Assembly (NCBI GenBank): GCA_964499655.1
Contig: CAZCLT010000001.1
Coordinates: forward strand, 1,647 to 45,752
Origin: an uncultured Gammaproteobacteria bacterium
GTDB lineage: Bacteria; Patescibacteriota; Patescibacteriia; UBA9934
DNA: 44,106 nucleotides
Direction of reading: 5' to 3'
In this document: in pieces, positions 23,623-32,195 of the stretch
Position numbering within the stretch: position 1 is the stretch's first letter
How the letters are laid out: each line of letters starts with the position of its first letter
Notes under the pieces: model-generated
What the model was told of the DNA's origin: nothing
What the model saw: only the letters and a program-made list of their open reading frames with translations
Databases searched by the model: none
Made by a program: the position numbers and the translations under genes

Positions 23623-24359
23623 AGGGGCTTCGAGCAATTCCAAGCGGCGTTAAAGAGAACGGTAAATGTGTCGGCAAAAACTTTATTTTCAATAATCACC
23701 ACTTCGATGTCGCCAAGCAGATTGACGAAAGCAATGTGGTTTTTGTAAATCCAAATGTTACCCTCAAAGTCACCAAATGCCTGATCGAGCTGACGTAGCT
23801 CAGCTTGAGGATTTGGATTTTTGACCGTCCCTCTGACTAAAGATTTTAGTTTTAGATTCTTAAACCCTTCAATTTTTCGTAGTTCTAAAATCAACTTTTC
23901 TTCCAAAAAATTATAAACCACGTCTAAGTTAGAAACCTCTAAAATCTCGTTGGTCTTAACCGAACCGACATCACGGAACAAAGCGCGCACGCCTTCTTCG
24001 CCAGTGTAAAAACGAACTCGGGGATGCACACCGCCTTTCATCACTCGCAGTTCCGGCAGCATACGATCCAATGAGCCGAGCTGAATCTTCATGCGCTCCA
24101 TGCGGCCATGGAAATAATCCTCCAGCTTCTCCGGATCTTCAGCACTGAAGACGGTTTTCTTACCTTTTTCAAAAGTGCTCACCAATCCTTTTTCTTGCAA
24201 ATGGCTGATGATTTCGTAAGCAGCCGTGCGACTGATTTCAGCACGCTTGGCCACGTTTTGCACGCTCTCGGGCCCGAGTTCGAGCATCGCCAAATAAACA
24301 CGCGCTTCAGTTTCCGAAAGACCAAGTTCAATAAGTGTCTTTTTGATATTTAGGGACAT
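23616..24359 (-). CDS. TrmB-family transcriptional regulator
   Basis: N-terminal wHTH LGLSETEARVYLAMLELGPESVQNVAKRAEISRTAAYEIISHLQEKGLV. 247 aa. Confidence 0.75.
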   Translation of the reverse strand: MSLNIKKTLIELGLSETEARVYLAMLELGPESVQNVAKRAEISRTAAYEIISHLQEKGLVSTFEKGKKTVFSAEDPEKLEDYFHGRMERMKIQLGSLDRMLPELRVMKGGVHPRVRFYTGEEGVRALFRDVGSVKTNEILEVSNLDVVYNFLEEKLILELRKIEGFKNLKLKSLVRGTVKNPNPQAELRQLDQAFGDFEGNIWIYKNHIAFVNLLGDIEVVIIENKVFADTFTVLFNAAWNCSKPLK

Positions 24360-24370
24360 AGTTGGAAAAT

Positions 24371-24395
24371 TAGCTTGTAGGAAGTAGCTTGTAGG
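24371..24395. promoter_or_regulatory. Direct repeat TAGCTTGTAGG-aag-TAGCTTGTAGG upstream of the TrmB-family gene; candidate operator
   Basis: Two perfect 11-mers at 24371-24381 and 24385-24395, 12-36 nt upstream of the ATG at 24359. Confidence 0.4.
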
Positions 24396-24411
24396 TTATA
24401 AATTACCCACA

Positions 24412-25239
24412 CTATACAATTAATTTCAGCACTTCGTCGAGCGCTGGCAGTGGTCGATCAACCGTGGCCAGCATTCCCCAGCATCGATCCTGACCAAAAG
24501 TGAACCCGCCGAAGTGATCGAAGAGTGCTTTGGCTTGGTCGCAATCCTGCACGTAAACCCGGCGCTGGCCCTGAAAGATAATTAAAGTCGGTGGTCCGTC
24601 CGGAAACTCACGAGCGACGATAAAGGAAAGGGCTTCGCGAATACTCATCATGTCGTCTTCAAGTTTGATGATCACGATTCCGTCCCGCTCTTCTCGCGCT
24701 CGCCACGCCACTTCGGCATCGATTTCTTCTTGCGCGAATTTCTCAGCGTCGAGCGCTTGAGCCAAAGCACGGTAGCCAGCAATCCCCCGTTCAATATTTT
24801 CCTGGCTCCAGCCCTCCTTTTTCAATTCCCAAATAAAACCCCGATCAATCAAACCAACCGCGTTCACGGTGATCGGATCAAAGCCGAGCTTCTCCACGGC
24901 CGCATCATCGAGCGCGAATAATTCTCGAAACTGTTCGAGACTGCTTTTGACTTTCATGCGATCCAAATCATCGTAACGATGATGATCGATGATCACCACT
25001 TCGAACCCCTGAACCCGCAACATCTCTTCTTCCACCTCGCCTGGGATTTCCACGATCACCACTCGCTTCACCTCAGGGTCGGCCTTCATCACTCGGTAAA
25101 GCAAATTTGGCTCACGTGATAATTTCGCGCCGTGAGGTTGATCAGAAATCACCGTCGGCAAGCCGATAGCTTGCGCCAGATACTGAATGATCAGTGATTC
25201 TTCGTCGTTCTTTCGGCAAACTAGGCCGGTGTTCATCAT
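24412..25239 (-). CDS. Hypothetical protein (275 aa)
   Basis: Long ORF directly downstream of ileS. Contains an IIDHH string, but I cannot assign it to the DHH family with confidence. Confidence 0.45.
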   Translation of the reverse strand: MMNTGLVCRKNDEESLIIQYLAQAIGLPTVISDQPHGAKLSREPNLLYRVMKADPEVKRVVIVEIPGEVEEEMLRVQGFEVVIIDHHRYDDLDRMKVKSSLEQFRELFALDDAAVEKLGFDPITVNAVGLIDRGFIWELKKEGWSQENIERGIAGYRALAQALDAEKFAQEEIDAEVAWRAREERDGIVIIKLEDDMMSIREALSFIVAREFPDGPPTLIIFQGQRRVYVQDCDQAKALFDHFGGFTFGQDRCWGMLATVDRPLPALDEVLKLIV

Positions 25240-25242
25240 ATT

Positions 25243-28116
25243 TTAAAACCCAACCCAACACTCTTGCTCGCTCGCCCGGACCTCGGCAGAGTGCTTTACT
25301 TCGTCGTCGCGGATAAAATCGATGGAAGCTGAAAGCGTGGCTTCTTTGATCGTCGGCGCGTGTTCTTCGAACATCGCTTTGACTTGATCCGACGCTGACC
25401 AAATTTTGAGCGCGATGCGATCTTCGATAGTGAGCCCGGAATCTTTGCGGAGTTGATTAACCTTGCGGATCACCTCACGTGCCAAACCTTCACGAATCAA
25501 CTCAGGAGTCAGCGTGATGTCGAGTTCGACTTTGAGCTCCCCTTTTTCGACCGTAGCCGATTTGACGTTGACCTCATCCAGAATCACCGCCAGATATTCA
25601 GGTGAGATATCACCGCTTGGCGTCCAAATAGTCATCGAACCAAGTGCCTGTTTGATAGCTCGGCCACCCGCTTCGCGTTGATCGAGTACGCGGCTGACGA
25701 TGGCGCGCGCTTCGCCCATTTTTTCGAGCACGTTAGCATCGACAGCACCGGCTTCAGGCCAATCTTCCAAGTGAACCGAAAGACGATCGGCCTTGCCGAG
25801 GAAAGCGCCGCTGATTTCTTGATAAATCACCTCGGCCAACATCGGCATAAACGGCGCCAACATTTTGGCGAAAGTATTGAGCACGGTTCGAAGAGTCGCA
25901 ATGGCTTCGGGGTCGGATTTGATTCGATCTCGAGATCGTCGCAAATACCAAGTCGACAAATCAGTGACGAACGATTGCAAAGTTCGCGCGGCCAAAGACA
26001 GTTCGTAGCCTTCCATCTGTTTGGTTTCTTCGGCCAGCGTTTCGTTAAGGCGCGATAAAATCCAAACGTCGAGAACATGCTCGCCACTTGGCGTACGACC
26101 ATCGTCATTTTCGCGGTACAACGAGTAGAACGAAAGGACGTTACGTAAAATGTTGATGAAGTTGCGGCTGACTTCGATCACGCCGGATTCAGCAAAGCGC
26201 AAATTCTCGGCACGCACGACTGGGCTGGTCATCAAATAGTAGCGAACCGCGTCGGCGCCGTACTTGCCCATCACCTCCATCGGGTCGGGGTAATTATTCA
26301 GGCGCTTGCTCATCTTCTTGCCATCTTCGGCCAGCACAATGCCGTTGACAATCACGTTCTTAAAGGCCGGCATGCCAAACAAAGCGTTGGAAAGAACGTG
26401 CAGAGTGTAGAACCAGCCGCGGGTTTGATCCTGACCCTCGGCGATAAACTCAGCCGGAAAACCCGCATCAAAATCTTCCTGGTTTTCGAACGGATAATGC
26501 ACCTGAGCGTAGGGCATGGAACCAGATTCGAACCAACAGTCCAAAACTTCGGGCACGCGGTGAAATTCCTTGCCGCCCCGCTTCAAAACGATCTTGTCCA
26601 TCACTTGCTTGTGCAAATTTTCCACTTTCTCGCCTGACAGATCTTCCAATTCCTGCTTGGAACCGACGCAAATTATTTCGCCATCATCGGCTCGCCAAAT
26701 CGGCAGCGGCGTGCCCCAAAAACGCGAACGGGAAATCGCCCAATCGTGCACCCCTTCCAGCCATTTACCAAAACGACCTTCCTTAATGTGCTCCGGTACC
26801 CAGTTGATTTCCTTGTTGGTTAAAACTAACTTCTCTTTAATATCTTCCACCTTTACAAACCAACTCGAGGTGGCGTAATTCAATAACGGGGTGTCACAGC
26901 GCCAGCAGTGCGGATAGCTGTGAGTAATTTTTTCTTTGCCGAACAACCGACCGTCGTGCGCGATAGCTCGGAGAATCTCGACGTCCACGCCACTACGATC
27001 TTCTTTGGATTTGACCATTACGTCCTTCACCTTGTAACCGGCGGCCGCGAGCGGATCGGCGACTTCGGGCACAAACTGGCCGTTCATTTTTACGTGGATG
27101 ATCGGTTCAACATCTTCCTTGTGACCGACCAAACGATCATCTTCGCCAAAGCCCGGCGCGATGTGCACCACGCCCGTACCGTCATCGGTGGTCACGAAAT
27201 CGGCCGCGACGACGCGGAAGGCGTTAGGGTGATCTTTAAAGAACGGGAATAGTGGTTCGTAAGTGGAACCAACCAGTTCAGAGCCGAGAATTTTTGACTT
27301 GATCGTGAATTCCTTGCCCTTGAAGACTACGGCGACGAGTTTTTCGGCCACGACGTAATCAGCCCCCTCAAACTCCACGACGGCATACTCAAGATCGCCC
27401 TTCACGGCGAGCAGTACGTTGCCCGGCAACGTCCAGGGCGTGGTGGTCCAGGCGATCATCTTAGCGCCAGCGAGCGGTCCGGACAGCAATGGGAAATTTA
27501 CGAACACCGAAATGTCTGTGACGTCGGCGTAACCCTGGTTCACCTCGAAGTTAGAAAGTACCGTCTCGCAACGTGGGCAGATGTGCATCGATTTGTAGCC
27601 CTCGTAAATCATCTCTTTCTCCCAGAGTGATTTGAACACCCACCACACCGATTCCATGAACGGCAGATCCATCGTCTTGTAGGCGCGGTCCATATCGACC
27701 CAGCGGCCCAAACGATTGATCACCTTTTTCCATTCCTCCGCGTACGTCAAAACTATTTCGTGACAGGAATTGTTGAATTGCTCGATCCTGAACTTCTCGA
27801 TGTCTTGGCGGGATTTCAAATCAAACTTTTTCTCGACGATGTTTTCGATCGGCAAACCGTGGCAATCCCAGCCCCAGGTGCGCTCGACTCTAAAACCCTT
27901 CATCGTCCAAAAACGTGGCACCGCATCCTTCATCACGCTGGCGACAATGTGCCCGTAGTGCGGCAATCCAGTGGCAAACGGCGGGCCATCATAGAAAACG
28001 TACGGTTTGCCCTTGGGTCGAGCTTCGACCGACTTTTGGAAACATTGGTGTTCATCCCAGTAGCGCAAAACGTCGAGCTCGGTGCTGGCGTGTGACTTTT
28101 GGTGTTCATCTGGCAT
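25243..28116 (-). CDS. ileS: Isoleucine--tRNA ligase (type 2)
   Basis: 957 aa with PPFATGLPHYGHIV (HIGH), GWDCHGLPIE and KMSKRL (KMSKS). Confidence 0.9.
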   Translation of the reverse strand: MPDEHQKSHASTELDVLRYWDEHQCFQKSVEARPKGKPYVFYDGPPFATGLPHYGHIVASVMKDAVPRFWTMKGFRVERTWGWDCHGLPIENIVEKKFDLKSRQDIEKFRIEQFNNSCHEIVLTYAEEWKKVINRLGRWVDMDRAYKTMDLPFMESVWWVFKSLWEKEMIYEGYKSMHICPRCETVLSNFEVNQGYADVTDISVFVNFPLLSGPLAGAKMIAWTTTPWTLPGNVLLAVKGDLEYAVVEFEGADYVVAEKLVAVVFKGKEFTIKSKILGSELVGSTYEPLFPFFKDHPNAFRVVAADFVTTDDGTGVVHIAPGFGEDDRLVGHKEDVEPIIHVKMNGQFVPEVADPLAAAGYKVKDVMVKSKEDRSGVDVEILRAIAHDGRLFGKEKITHSYPHCWRCDTPLLNYATSSWFVKVEDIKEKLVLTNKEINWVPEHIKEGRFGKWLEGVHDWAISRSRFWGTPLPIWRADDGEIICVGSKQELEDLSGEKVENLHKQVMDKIVLKRGGKEFHRVPEVLDCWFESGSMPYAQVHYPFENQEDFDAGFPAEFIAEGQDQTRGWFYTLHVLSNALFGMPAFKNVIVNGIVLAEDGKKMSKRLNNYPDPMEVMGKYGADAVRYYLMTSPVVRAENLRFAESGVIEVSRNFINILRNVLSFYSLYRENDDGRTPSGEHVLDVWILSRLNETLAEETKQMEGYELSLAARTLQSFVTDLSTWYLRRSRDRIKSDPEAIATLRTVLNTFAKMLAPFMPMLAEVIYQEISGAFLGKADRLSVHLEDWPEAGAVDANVLEKMGEARAIVSRVLDQREAGGRAIKQALGSMTIWTPSGDISPEYLAVILDEVNVKSATVEKGELKVELDITLTPELIREGLAREVIRKVNQLRKDSGLTIEDRIALKIWSASDQVKAMFEEHAPTIKEATLSASIDFIRDDEVKHSAEVRASEQECWVGF

Positions 28117-28125
28117 AATGGGCCC

Positions 28126-28131
28126 AGTTTA
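28126..28131 (-). promoter_or_regulatory. -10 box (TAAACT) 9 nt upstream of the ileS ATG; leaderless-type
   Basis: Minus strand reads GATAAACTgggcccattATG. Confidence 0.35.
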
Positions 28132-28150
28132 TCAGCCCAGGAGCCGAAAA

Positions 28151-28648
28151 TCAAGCCGCTAAACGCCTCTTCTGCCCTTGTTTTCCTGGCAGTGGGGCGA
28201 TCTCGGCGTTAAATACGGCCATCGATCCACCTTCGGACTCAGGTCGATCATCAGTCCATGTTGAATCCCAGTGGAAAATATTATCGCCGGTTGACTCCGC
28301 CCATTTAATTAAGGATGGATTTTCGGTGATCAGACTGTAACGCACGGCTTGGCCAAGGCTGTTCGCTTTGGTATCCATCAGTTTTTTAGCCGCTGTGTAG
28401 AGCAAGGTAGTCTCATTGGGTAGGTGATCTTCGGGTCTGTCGGTTTCCAGTACGGCCAGATAGGACTGATCGCGCAGATCATAACTCAACGTCAAAACCT
28501 TTGAACCATAATTCAACAGATATTTGATTTTCGATCGCTTCTTCTCCGGTTGAATCGTGACTTCGGCCAAAATATCGGCCACAATTTTCTCGGGCGATGT
28601 CTCAATAGGTTCGGCCCTTTCCAGACCGCGACGTAATTCCATGATCAT
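28151..28648 (-). CDS. Hypothetical protein (165 aa)
   Basis: ORF with a TACAAT box 9 nt upstream of the ATG. No recognisable motif. Confidence 0.45.
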   Translation of the reverse strand: MIMELRRGLERAEPIETSPEKIVADILAEVTIQPEKKRSKIKYLLNYGSKVLTLSYDLRDQSYLAVLETDRPEDHLPNETTLLYTAAKKLMDTKANSLGQAVRYSLITENPSLIKWAESTGDNIFHWDSTWTDDRPESEGGSMAVFNAEIAPLPGKQGQKRRLAA

Positions 28649-28657
28649 AGTGCTTAT

Positions 28658-28667
28658 ATTGTATACT
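28658..28667. promoter_or_regulatory. Overlapping divergent -10 boxes
   Basis: ATTGTATACT reads TATACT (28662-28667) on the plus strand and TACAAT (28658-28663) on the minus strand. The two ATGs lie 7 nt and 9 nt away. Confidence 0.4.
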
Positions 28668-28674
28668 AATCGAT

Positions 28675-29184
28675 ATGGAAAACGGTGATCAACTGGTGAA
28701 AATACTAAATGACCAGGGCGAAATGATTGGCGCCAAGCCCAGGCGCGAGGTTGATAAACAACACGATATTTTGCACTGTGCCGATGTGCTGGTGATCCAA
28801 AATGGTCGATTGTTACTCAGCCGGATTCCAGACACGACACTTTATGGCGGTACACTCGGCACCTCGGCCGCCAGCATGGTGCGGGATAATGAGACGCCAG
28901 AGCAGGCAGCGATTCGAGCTCTGCAAAAAGAGCTGAACGTCACCGTTTCCGAAGTCACTCTACTCGGCGAAAAATTCTATGCCTTTCCCGACGGCGTGAA
29001 GCGACTCAAGACGTCATTCGTGATCACCCACCCCGACACCATCACTCCCAACCCAGCGGACGTCTCCGAACTCGTCGCCTTCGATCGCGCGCAAATCGAA
29101 TCACAATTATCTACCAATCCCAATCTCTTCGCGCCAACTTTTCAGGCGCTGTGGCAAGAATATCAAACGCAACTGCCGATTTAA
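28675..29184 (+). CDS. NUDIX-family hydrolase (IDI-like), tentative
   Basis: 169 aa with the degenerate Nudix-box-like segment ETPEQAAIRALQKELNV. Confidence 0.5.
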   Translation: MENGDQLVKILNDQGEMIGAKPRREVDKQHDILHCADVLVIQNGRLLLSRIPDTTLYGGTLGTSAASMVRDNETPEQAAIRALQKELNVTVSEVTLLGEKFYAFPDGVKRLKTSFVITHPDTITPNPADVSELVAFDRAQIESQLSTNPNLFAPTFQALWQEYQTQLPI

Positions 29185-30074
29185 CCCGTGACCAACAGCC
29201 ACACGCCGAAGAGGATAACGCAAAAGAGCGTCCCTTTTTTGATCATGTTACGACGATCGATTTCTTCTTTGAAGAAGGTTGGGAAACGGGCGTGCAACAT
29301 TTTAGCGGCGATCAAAAGTATCATCGGTTGGAGTGAATCCATGGTCGTGACGGCGGTTAGCGGCGCCATGGTCAGCGCCAATTTGCTGGTCGAAGTGGCG
29401 ATAAATGTAAAAAATTCCTCGAGGGCGAACAATGGAATTGATAGGCGAAAAGTCGACCAACCACCAATGATAGTTTTTCGATGCTTGGCTGAGATCAGAA
29501 GACCCAGTGGGATCAAAAAAGCAAAAACTGATTGTCCGGCCATGGCGGTGCCCCAATTCATGCCGTGTTCAAATGAATACTTAAACACCAAACCTTCCAC
29601 CGTAATCACCGCTGAAGCGATGATCATGTAAAAAATCGAACGATTGAACTTCATCTTTTTTGGTTCGAAGCTGAGAGCGGCGCTGGAAAGGATCACGAGA
29701 AAGAAGCCAACGTACTGTGAAAGATGTAACACTTCGCCAACGAAAAGGAAGGCCAAGAGTGGCGTAAACAGGCGAGTAATATCGAATAGAGCGATGACGA
29801 TCGAAGTATCACCTTCTTGTAGCGCTCGGTAATAAGGATACAGGTAAGAAAAATTGGTTACACCGAGTACGAAGACTAAAAGCAAGGTTGACCAACCCGA
29901 CCACTGCGGCGGATCGAGCAGGATAATTACCGGCAAGAAAACCAAATTAAACATCGACGCATAGAACAACAGCATCACCGGATTGGGCAATCGGCGATTA
30001 ACGAAGAAGTTATCAACTAGGTTGGCGGCCGAGTAAGCGATCGGGGCGATGAGCGCCGGTAAAAGCCAATTCAT
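29181..30074 (-). CDS. EamA/DMT-superfamily transporter
   Basis: 297 aa with about 10 hydrophobic helices in two repeats. A TATAAT box lies 9 nt upstream of the ATG. Confidence 0.65.
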   Translation of the reverse strand: MNWLLPALIAPIAYSAANLVDNFFVNRRLPNPVMLLFYASMFNLVFLPVIILLDPPQWSGWSTLLLVFVLGVTNFSYLYPYYRALQEGDTSIVIALFDITRLFTPLLAFLFVGEVLHLSQYVGFFLVILSSAALSFEPKKMKFNRSIFYMIIASAVITVEGLVFKYSFEHGMNWGTAMAGQSVFAFLIPLGLLISAKHRKTIIGGWSTFRLSIPLFALEEFFTFIATSTSKLALTMAPLTAVTTMDSLQPMILLIAAKMLHARFPTFFKEEIDRRNMIKKGTLFCVILFGVWLLVTG

Positions 30075-30092
30075 AACCGTTTCATTATAACC

Positions 30093-30131
30093 GATGTACT
30101 CTGATTACATCGGATGTAGTCAGACTACATC
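30093..30131. promoter_or_regulatory. Two adjacent palindromic operator candidates, GATGTA-N7-TACATC twice
   Basis: Sites at 30093-30111 and 30113-30131, with centres 20 bp apart. They lie between the divergent -10 boxes at 30084-30089 (minus strand) and 30153-30158 (plus strand). Confidence 0.5.
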
Positions 30132-30152
30132 GTCGTAAAATAATGGGCGAGG

Positions 30153-30158
30153 TATAAT
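30153..30158 (+). promoter_or_regulatory. -10 box (TATAAT) 7 nt upstream of ATG 30166; leaderless-type
   Basis: GGTATAATccgaagcATG. Confidence 0.45.
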
Positions 30159-30165
30159 CCGAAGC

Positions 30166-31269
30166 ATGAAACCAACGATTTACATTGGAGCTGACCACGC
30201 CGGGTTTGATTTGAAGGCTAGCCTAAAGGAACATCTGGCGCATCAAGGTTTTATTGTTGAAGATCTTGGGGCGCACGAATTGAATCCAACCGATGATTAC
30301 CCGCAGTACGCCGGCGCCGTGGCCGAAGCGGTGCGCAATCATCCGGGGTCATTGGGGGTTTTGGCCTGCGGGAATGCTGAGGGCGTATGCATTGCGGCCA
30401 ACAAGTTTGATGAAATTCGAGCCGGGGTTGGATATTCCGTCGAAGCCAGCCAGACGATGCGTAACGACGATAACGCCAACGTGATCTGCCTGCCCGGCCG
30501 AGTGAAGACGCAGGACGATCCGCTGAAAGTGCTCGACGCCTTCGTGGCCACCCCCTTTTCTGGTGCCGCCCGCCATGTTCGCCGGCTCGAACAGGTCGCA
30601 GCCATCGAAGAGCGTCAGTCGGGTCAGATCTCTGTCGTCCCAGCCGTGCTGGTGGAATCAAAAGCCGAGTTCATCGCCAAAATCAACGATTCAGAACTGC
30701 GTGCCGTAGCTAAGCTATGGCAAGTTGATGTGTTAGACGGCTCGATGTTTGATCGCACTTCGTGGTTCGATGCGGAAGAGATCGCTTTAATGCCGCTACT
30801 GCCTCAGATCGAGCTCCACTTGATGGTCGAAAATCCTCTGCCGATCATTGAAACTTGGCAAAAGTCCACCCCAACATTACAACGGGCCATCATCCACGCC
30901 GAAATAGCACGCCCAATCGGCGCCGTGTTGCAACGGATCCGTGAAATGAAACTCGAAGCCGGGTTGGCCATCAATCCAGAAACTTCTCTCGACGCAATCG
31001 AGGGTCACGCCTCCGAAATCCAAGTCTTGCTGGTGATGGGCGTGCATCCTGGAGCGTCGGGCCGGCCGTTTGGCGGCGAAGCCATTCTTGCAAAGATTCG
31101 CCAAGCGAAAAAGCGTTTCCCTAACCTCAGAATCGCCGTCGACGGCGGTATCACGTTAGCCAATGCCCCCGAAATCATTAGTGCTGGCGCCGATCAGCTC
31201 TGCGTCGCCTCGGCACTTTGGGAAACATCGGAGCGTGCGAGCGTGTATCAGAAACTTGCGAGTCTCTAA
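30166..31269 (+). CDS. Fusion of ribose-5-phosphate isomerase B and a ribulose-phosphate 3-epimerase-like barrel
   Basis: The N-terminal ~150 aa (MKPTIYIGADHAGFDLK...VLACGNAEGVCIAANK) are RpiB/LacAB-like. The C-terminal ~210 aa carry Rpe-like strings (VDVLDG, HLMVENP, AGLAINPET, VMGVHPGASG, IAVDGGI). Confidence 0.7.
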   Translation: MKPTIYIGADHAGFDLKASLKEHLAHQGFIVEDLGAHELNPTDDYPQYAGAVAEAVRNHPGSLGVLACGNAEGVCIAANKFDEIRAGVGYSVEASQTMRNDDNANVICLPGRVKTQDDPLKVLDAFVATPFSGAARHVRRLEQVAAIEERQSGQISVVPAVLVESKAEFIAKINDSELRAVAKLWQVDVLDGSMFDRTSWFDAEEIALMPLLPQIELHLMVENPLPIIETWQKSTPTLQRAIIHAEIARPIGAVLQRIREMKLEAGLAINPETSLDAIEGHASEIQVLLVMGVHPGASGRPFGGEAILAKIRQAKKRFPNLRIAVDGGITLANAPEIISAGADQLCVASALWETSERASVYQKLASL

Positions 31270-31309
31270 TTGTATGGTAAAATAATGTTAATTAAATCTT
31301 TCTTAAACT

Positions 31310-32125
31310 ATGACTACGTCTTCCACGTTGACCAAAGTTTCCATCGGAGTCGTGCTAGTCGGTTTGCTCCTAGGCGTCGGTGCCTTCTTATTTGCCCCCA
31401 AAGCTCAGGCGCTTACCGCCTTGGCCGATGTGGACAGCGGCGATCTATTCCGTGGCGAATCTTATTCCTCGGTTTACTACATGGGCGCCGATGGTTTGCG
31501 CTATGTCTTTACCACCGATAAATCTTTCTTCACCTGGTACGCTAACTTCAACGATGTAAAATGGATTGCCGATAGCGATCTAGCCAAAATTCAGATCGGT
31601 GGCAACGTCACTTACAAGCCAGGGGTCAAAATGATCAAAATCAACACTGATCCACGCACTTACGCTGTTTCTGCTGGCGGTACTTTGCGCCACGTCTCCA
31701 GCGAAGCAGTGGCCATCAGCCTGTACGGCACCAACTGGAACACCAAAATCGATGACGTGATCGATGGTTTCTTTACCAACTACACCGTTGGCGAACCGAT
31801 CGTCGTGGCTACTGAATTCGACCTGTCCGCCGAAACATCAGCCGCTGTTTCCATTAACGCTGACAAAGGTTTACAGGAACCAGAAGACATCGAAGTCCTG
31901 TCCGGTGGTTACGAACCAATCGATGTGACGGTCGATGCGGGCATGAGCGTGCGCTTCACCAATAATGACGACGCCGTGCACACTGTAACCGCCGACGATC
32001 TCTCCTGGGGTTCAGGCACCATGCAGCCAGGCGGTTCGTACATCAAAACTTTCAACGAAGCTGGTACCTACACCTTCTTCGATAGTTACGACAGCAGCAA
32101 CACCGGTGCCATCTACGTAGAGTAG
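31310..32125 (+). CDS. Membrane-anchored or secreted protein with a C-terminal cupredoxin-like fold lacking Cu ligands
   Basis: N-terminal TM. The C-terminus reads DVTVDAGMSVRFTNNDDAVHTVTADD...GTYTFFDSYDSSNTGAIYVE and lacks the Cys/Met ligands. Confidence 0.45.
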   Translation: MTTSSTLTKVSIGVVLVGLLLGVGAFLFAPKAQALTALADVDSGDLFRGESYSSVYYMGADGLRYVFTTDKSFFTWYANFNDVKWIADSDLAKIQIGGNVTYKPGVKMIKINTDPRTYAVSAGGTLRHVSSEAVAISLYGTNWNTKIDDVIDGFFTNYTVGEPIVVATEFDLSAETSAAVSINADKGLQEPEDIEVLSGGYEPIDVTVDAGMSVRFTNNDDAVHTVTADDLSWGSGTMQPGGSYIKTFNEAGTYTFFDSYDSSNTGAIYVE

Positions 32126-32139
32126 AACCGTGCGCGAAG

Positions 32140-32178
32140 AGATCGGACTGGCCTGCGGGTCAGTTCGATCTTTTTTTG
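32140..32178 (+). terminator. Intrinsic terminator
   Basis: AGATCGGACTG-(10 nt)-CAGTTCGATCT followed by TTTTTTT. Confidence 0.85.
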
Positions 32179-32185
32179 TTATAAT
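32178..32185 (+). promoter_or_regulatory. Extended -10 (TGtTATAAT) 10 nt upstream of ATG 32196
   Basis: TATAAT at 32180-32185. The track's start at 32130 lies upstream of the terminator and is rejected. Confidence 0.45.
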
Positions 32186-32195
32186 CGATTTAACT

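Noticed and set aside
25463-28118. Multiple 60-126-aa ORFs inside ileS, and similar ORFs at 34164-34805, 36312-36779, 12323-12784, 32550-32987 and 30251-30661
   Set aside because: They lie antisense to, or out of frame within, confidently identified genes. Their translations are low-complexity.
31270-31521. An 83-aa ORF overlapping the start of the 31310 gene
   Set aside because: It is out of frame with the better-supported 271-aa ORF, which has a clear signal/TM segment. The TTG start lies immediately after the previous stop.
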